Assembly (NCBI GenBank): GCA_020637895.1
Contig: JACKJP010000008.1
Location: forward strand, 20,582-44,581
DNA from: Rhodobiaceae bacterium
GTDB lineage: Bacteria > Pseudomonadota > Alphaproteobacteria > Rhizobiales > Tepidamorphaceae
Direction of reading: 5' to 3'
DNA length: 24,000 nucleotides
A program made the translations under genes and the position numbers. Position 1 is the first letter of the stretch, and each line of letters begins with the position of its first letter. Under the pieces are notes generated by a model, which saw only the letters and a list, made by a program, of their open reading frames with translations, was not told the DNA's origin and did no database searches. Shown here in pieces: positions 21,061-24,000 of this stretch.

Positions 21061-21764
21061 TGGTCTTCCCCCGTCGTCAGCAGATCGGCATGAGTGTTGA
21101 ACAGCGTTTCAACATCGAGCTGCTCGAACCGCCCGAACATGTCTTCCCACATCAGCGCGGCGAGAGCCGGCGCCATGACGAGTTGCGGGACCTCGAGCAG
21201 TTTCCTCGACCTGATCTCCCCGCGCTCGTGAGCGCGTTCGAGAATCTGGCGCAGCAGCGGCACGGCGCGACTGAGGATTTCCCGGTAATAGAAAGCGGTC
21301 AGCGCCGGAAAGCGCGGCCCCTCGCTGAGCAGAAGGCGGACGAGATGGCGCGCATCGGTTTCGACGATCTCGCGGCGGAAGGCGTCGAGCAGCCGCTTGA
21401 TGGCATCGCGGCCGGATATGCGAGGGTCGGCGGCGATCCGCGCCAGCCGCCCGTACATGGGCGTGGCGGCTTCGCGCAGCAATTCCTCAAACAGCATCTC
21501 CTTGCTTTCGAAGTAGAGATAGAGCGTGCCCTTCGCGACGCCGGCCCGCGCCGCGATGTCGTCCAGGCGGGCTGCCGCAAAACCCTGTTCGGAAAATACG
21601 GCAAGTGCGGCGCTCAGAATCTGGTGCCGACGCTGGGCCTTGCGGCCGGCGGGAGCACGAGCGGCGCTGCCGTTCCTTTTCGGCGTCGGCCCGTCAGGCG
21701 CCTTCTTTGCCTTGGACGATCCGGCGCTGGTGGCGCGGTCTTTCGGTTCGATGGCGGGAGGCAT
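21057..21764 (-). CDS. TetR/AcrR-family transcriptional regulator
   Basis: 235 aa. A basic, disordered N-terminus is followed by the TetR HTH: RRHQILSAALAVFSEQGFAAARLDDIAARAGVAKGTLYLYFESKEMLFEELL. Confidence 0.85.
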   Translation of the reverse strand: MPPAIEPKDRATSAGSSKAKKAPDGPTPKRNGSAARAPAGRKAQRRHQILSAALAVFSEQGFAAARLDDIAARAGVAKGTLYLYFESKEMLFEELLREAATPMYGRLARIAADPRISGRDAIKRLLDAFRREIVETDARHLVRLLLSEGPRFPALTAFYYREILSRAVPLLRQILERAHERGEIRSRKLLEVPQLVMAPALAALMWEDMFGRFEQLDVETLFNTHADLLTTGEDQ

Positions 21765-21783
21765 GAGAAATCCGTCTTTTTAC

Positions 21784-21801
21784 TGACTGTCCGGTCAGTC
21801 A
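21784..21801. promoter_or_regulatory. Candidate TetR operator (18-bp near-perfect palindrome)
   Basis: TGACTGtCCGGtCAGTCA matches its own reverse complement at 16 of 18 positions. It lies 20 bp upstream of the tetR start codon. Confidence 0.5.
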
Positions 21802-22090
21802 CTATCATAGAGGTGGGAGACTGCCAACCGGTTCGTCGCCGTGAAACGAGGCTCGCTTCACGCCCCGGTTCACATCGAGATGACGCGACGGCTCGTGAAT
21901 TGCCTCCGTTTCAGGCGCGCATCATTTGTTCAGATGACGTCATCACGGGCAGGAATTCACCGATCAGACCGCTTTTGCACAAGGAATGAACATGCATGGC
22001 GGCGTGCCAACTTGGCGACTGCCTGAAAATCGTGCAAAAGCCAGCGAGTGCCGCCGTCAGAGCGGAACGTGGGAAACGGGGGGAATAGCA

Positions 22091-23311
22091 ATGGATAGCG
22101 GGAATACCGCCTGGATACTGACATCCACCGCCCTGGTGCTTTTCATGACATTGCCGGGGCTTGCGCTCTTCTATGCCGGGCTCGTTCAGGCTCGAAACGT
22201 TCTTTCCGTCCTGATGCACTGCATGGGTATAGCCTGCGCGATGTCGCTGGTGTGGTTCGCGGCCGGATACAGCCTTGCCTTTACCGATGGCAATGGATGG
22301 ATCGGCGGATTGTCGAAACTGATGCTGGCTGGGATCGGGCGCGACAGCGTCGTCGAGAGCGCCGGTATACCCGAGACCCTGTTCGTCATGTTTCAGATGA
22401 CCTTCGCGATCATCACGCCGGCACTGATCGTCGGCGCTTTCGTCGAGCGCATCCGGTTTGGCGCGGTCATGCTGTTTTCTATTCTCTGGCTCGTCATCGT
22501 CTATGTGCCTGTCACGCACTGGGTCTGGGGCGGCGGCTGGCTGGCGGAAATGGGCGTGATGGATTTCGCAGGCGGTATCGTGGTCCATGCGACGGCGGGC
22601 ATGTCGGCGCTCGTCATCGCGTGGATGCTGGGTGCCCGGCGCGGCTTTCCGGATTCGGTACACCCGCCGCATGCACCGTGGATGGTCATGGTCGGCGCGG
22701 CGATGCTTTGGGTAGGCTGGTTCGGCTTCAATGCAGGCAGCGCCCTTGCGGCCGGCGGCGATGCGGCGATGGCAATGATCGCCACGCACCTGTCTGCGGC
22801 GACGGCCTCGCTGGTCTGGGTTGTCATCGAGCGGATCAGGTTCGGGCGCCCGAGCCTGATTGGCCTCGTCACGGGGACCATCGCGGGCCTTGCCACAGTG
22901 ACGCCGGCGTCCGGCTTCATCGGTCCGAGCGGCGGAGTCATTCTTGGTTTGATCGGCGGTGTCCTGTGCTACTTCGCGGTCGATTTCGTAAAGCGCGCGC
23001 TTCGAATCGACGACTCGCTCGATGTCATGGCCGTCCATGGTGTCGGCGGGATTACCGGAACGCTGCTGACCGGATTCCTCGCTTCAGCCTATTTCGGCGG
23101 CGTTGGACTTGCGGACGGACAGACCGCCGCCGGCCAGTTCCAGGTTCAACTGATCGGCGTCGCGGTAACCGTGATCTGGTCGGCAGTCGCGACTTGGGCG
23201 CTGGTGAAAATCATTACGCCGATCGTCGGATTCAGGGTCAGCAACCAGGCCGAGCTGGAAGGCCTGGACCTCGCCGAACATGGCGAAGCGGGCTACCGCT
23301 TCCAGCCGTGA
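22091..23311 (+). CDS. amtB: Ammonium transporter (Amt family)
   Basis: 406 aa from the internal Met: MDSGNTAWILTSTALVLFMTLPGLALFYAG. Amt signatures include DFAGGIVVHATAGMSALV, the twin-His region WFGFNAGS...H, and IDDSLDVMAVHGVGGITGTLLTG. The 35-codon extension in the ORF track (21986) has no hydrophobic or conserved character. Confidence 0.9.
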   Translation: MDSGNTAWILTSTALVLFMTLPGLALFYAGLVQARNVLSVLMHCMGIACAMSLVWFAAGYSLAFTDGNGWIGGLSKLMLAGIGRDSVVESAGIPETLFVMFQMTFAIITPALIVGAFVERIRFGAVMLFSILWLVIVYVPVTHWVWGGGWLAEMGVMDFAGGIVVHATAGMSALVIAWMLGARRGFPDSVHPPHAPWMVMVGAAMLWVGWFGFNAGSALAAGGDAAMAMIATHLSAATASLVWVVIERIRFGRPSLIGLVTGTIAGLATVTPASGFIGPSGGVILGLIGGVLCYFAVDFVKRALRIDDSLDVMAVHGVGGITGTLLTGFLASAYFGGVGLADGQTAAGQFQVQLIGVAVTVIWSAVATWALVKIITPIVGFRVSNQAELEGLDLAEHGEAGYRFQP

Positions 23312-23347
23312 TGGACGCCGGCAGTTCAAAAAATCAGGAGACAGATC

Positions 23348-23686
23348 ATGAAGTTCATCATTGCGATCTTGCAACCGCATCGGCTTGACGACGTGCGCGA
23401 GGCGCTGGGTGAGATCAACGTGCACGGTCTCACCGTCAGCGAGGTGCGCGGATACGGGCGCCAGCGCGGCCATACCGAGATCTACCGGGGCGCCGAGTAC
23501 AAGATCAACTATGTCCCCAAGATCAAGATCGAGCTCGCCGTCGACGATGGCGTGGCGGACGACGCAGTCGCCGCCATTACCCGTGCGGCGCGCACCGGCA
23601 AGATCGGCGACGGCAAGATATTCGTGCTGGAACTGGGTGAAGCGCAACGCATTCGCACAGGTGAAACCGGCCCTGACGCGCTCTAG
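23348..23686 (+). CDS. glnK: P-II nitrogen regulatory protein (GlnK-like)
   Basis: 112 aa with RBS tcAGGAGacagatcATG. [46 protein letters not shown] contains the T-loop, with Tyr at position 51. The C-terminal motif is [11 protein letters not shown]. Confidence 0.9.
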   Translation: MKFIIAILQPHRLDDVREALGEINVHGLTVSEVRGYGRQRGHTEIYRGAEYKINYVPKIKIELAVDDGVADDAVAAITRAARTGKIGDGKIFVLELGEAQRIRTGETGPDAL

Positions 23687-23784
23687 TCGCGCCTGCCGTT
23701 ACCTTCCGTTCGTGCCTTGTGTTAGGGAATATCCAGGACGCTGATTCCGGTCGGCATCCGCAGGGCATTCGATGCGAGGGCGTC

Positions 23785-24000
23785 ATGAGCGATGTGCCGA
23801 TAAAGATATCCCGCCGCGGCGCGGTGCTCGAAGTGGTGCTTGACCGGCCGAAGGCAAACGCGATCGACTCGCGCACCAGCCGCATGCTGGGGGAAGTTTT
23901 CCTGGCGTTCCGCGACGACCCGGCATTCCGCGTCGCGCTGATCACAGGTGCGGGCGACCAGTTCTTCAGTGCCGGCAGGGAAACGGCCGCAGACGGCAGC
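23785..24000 (+). CDS. Enoyl-CoA hydratase/isomerase (crotonase) family protein, 5' part only
   Basis: [64 protein letters not shown] is the typical crotonase N-terminus (..LNRP...NA......L......D....V.ITGAG...F.AG). It runs off the window edge. Confidence 0.75.
   Translation, partial: MSDVPIKISRRGAVLEVVLDRPKANAIDSRTSRMLGEVFLAFRDDPAFRVALITGAGDQFFSAGRETAADGS

Noticed and set aside
21933-21944. Perfect 12-bp palindrome GATGACGTCATC upstream of amt.
   Set aside because: Several perfect 12-bp palindromes are expected by chance in 24 kb (about six by a crude equal-base estimate). It matches no regulator consensus I can name for this context. It is kept only as a note.
21980-22050. A possible NtrC / sigma-54 signature (TGCAC...TGCAT, TTGGCGACTGCC).
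   Set aside because: The GG and GC dinucleotides are not at the 12-nt offset required for a -24/-12 promoter. The TGCA half-sites do not form the TGCACC-N5-GGTGCA arrangement.
21911-23388. ORFs at 21911..23038 (-, 375 aa) and 22252..23388 (+, 378 aa), overlapping the amt gene.
   Set aside because: Their translations are Arg/Asp/His/Pro-rich and non-hydrophobic. The amt frame gives a textbook polytopic Amt protein.
1-24000. A search for CRISPR arrays, IS elements, transposases, integrases, tRNA/rRNA genes, toxin-antitoxin pairs or known defence-system genes.
   Set aside because: None was seen. There are no direct-repeat/spacer arrays, no terminal inverted repeats flanking ORFs, no T-loop-containing tRNA-like sequences, and no nuclease/helicase/ATPase defence-type ORFs. 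Apart from the AT-rich gaps and the cspA upstream region already noted, I saw no island-scale compositional shift that would suggest horizontal acquisition.

Overview
This is a high-GC chromosomal segment with no rRNA or tRNA genes, CRISPR arrays, IS elements, integrases or recognisable defence genes. The gene content points to a Rhizobiaceae-type alphaproteobacterium: a fused trpE(G) preceded by a Trp-rich leader peptide, an SbmA/BacA transporter, and a PhyR-NepR-EcfG stress module. This taxon call is inference.

The left ~10 kb is organised around the general stress response (GSR) core locus, with phyR divergent from nepR-ecfG. It is packed with small stress-type genes: a PRC-barrel protein, DUF3309, DUF883/ElaB-like, YqjE/holin-like, dps, DUF1328, csbD, an orphan GAF-PAS-HWE histidine kinase, and several unknown small membrane proteins. 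Reading both strands by eye, I find six exact GGAAC-N16/17-CGTT (EcfG-type) promoter motifs. I also find three or four GGAAC-N16-CATT variants. All but one of these lie in the intergenic gap directly upstream of those genes.

The right ~14 kb carries an AI-2E-family permease, an L,D-transpeptidase, an isochorismatase-family hydrolase, bacA, cspA and trpL-trpE(G). It also carries a translationally coupled TetR-HlyD-ABC ATPase-ABC-2 permease operon, amt followed by a P-II gene, and the start of a crotonase-family gene.

I see no evidence for a wholly new multi-gene system such as a defence island. The least-described, most testable items are:
- an FNR-like Cys-motif regulator and a lipid kinase apparently co-transcribed with nepR-ecfG;
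- uncharacterised small proteins that sit behind EcfG-type promoters;
- a terminator-like hairpin overlapping the ribosome-binding site and the TTG start of bacA.
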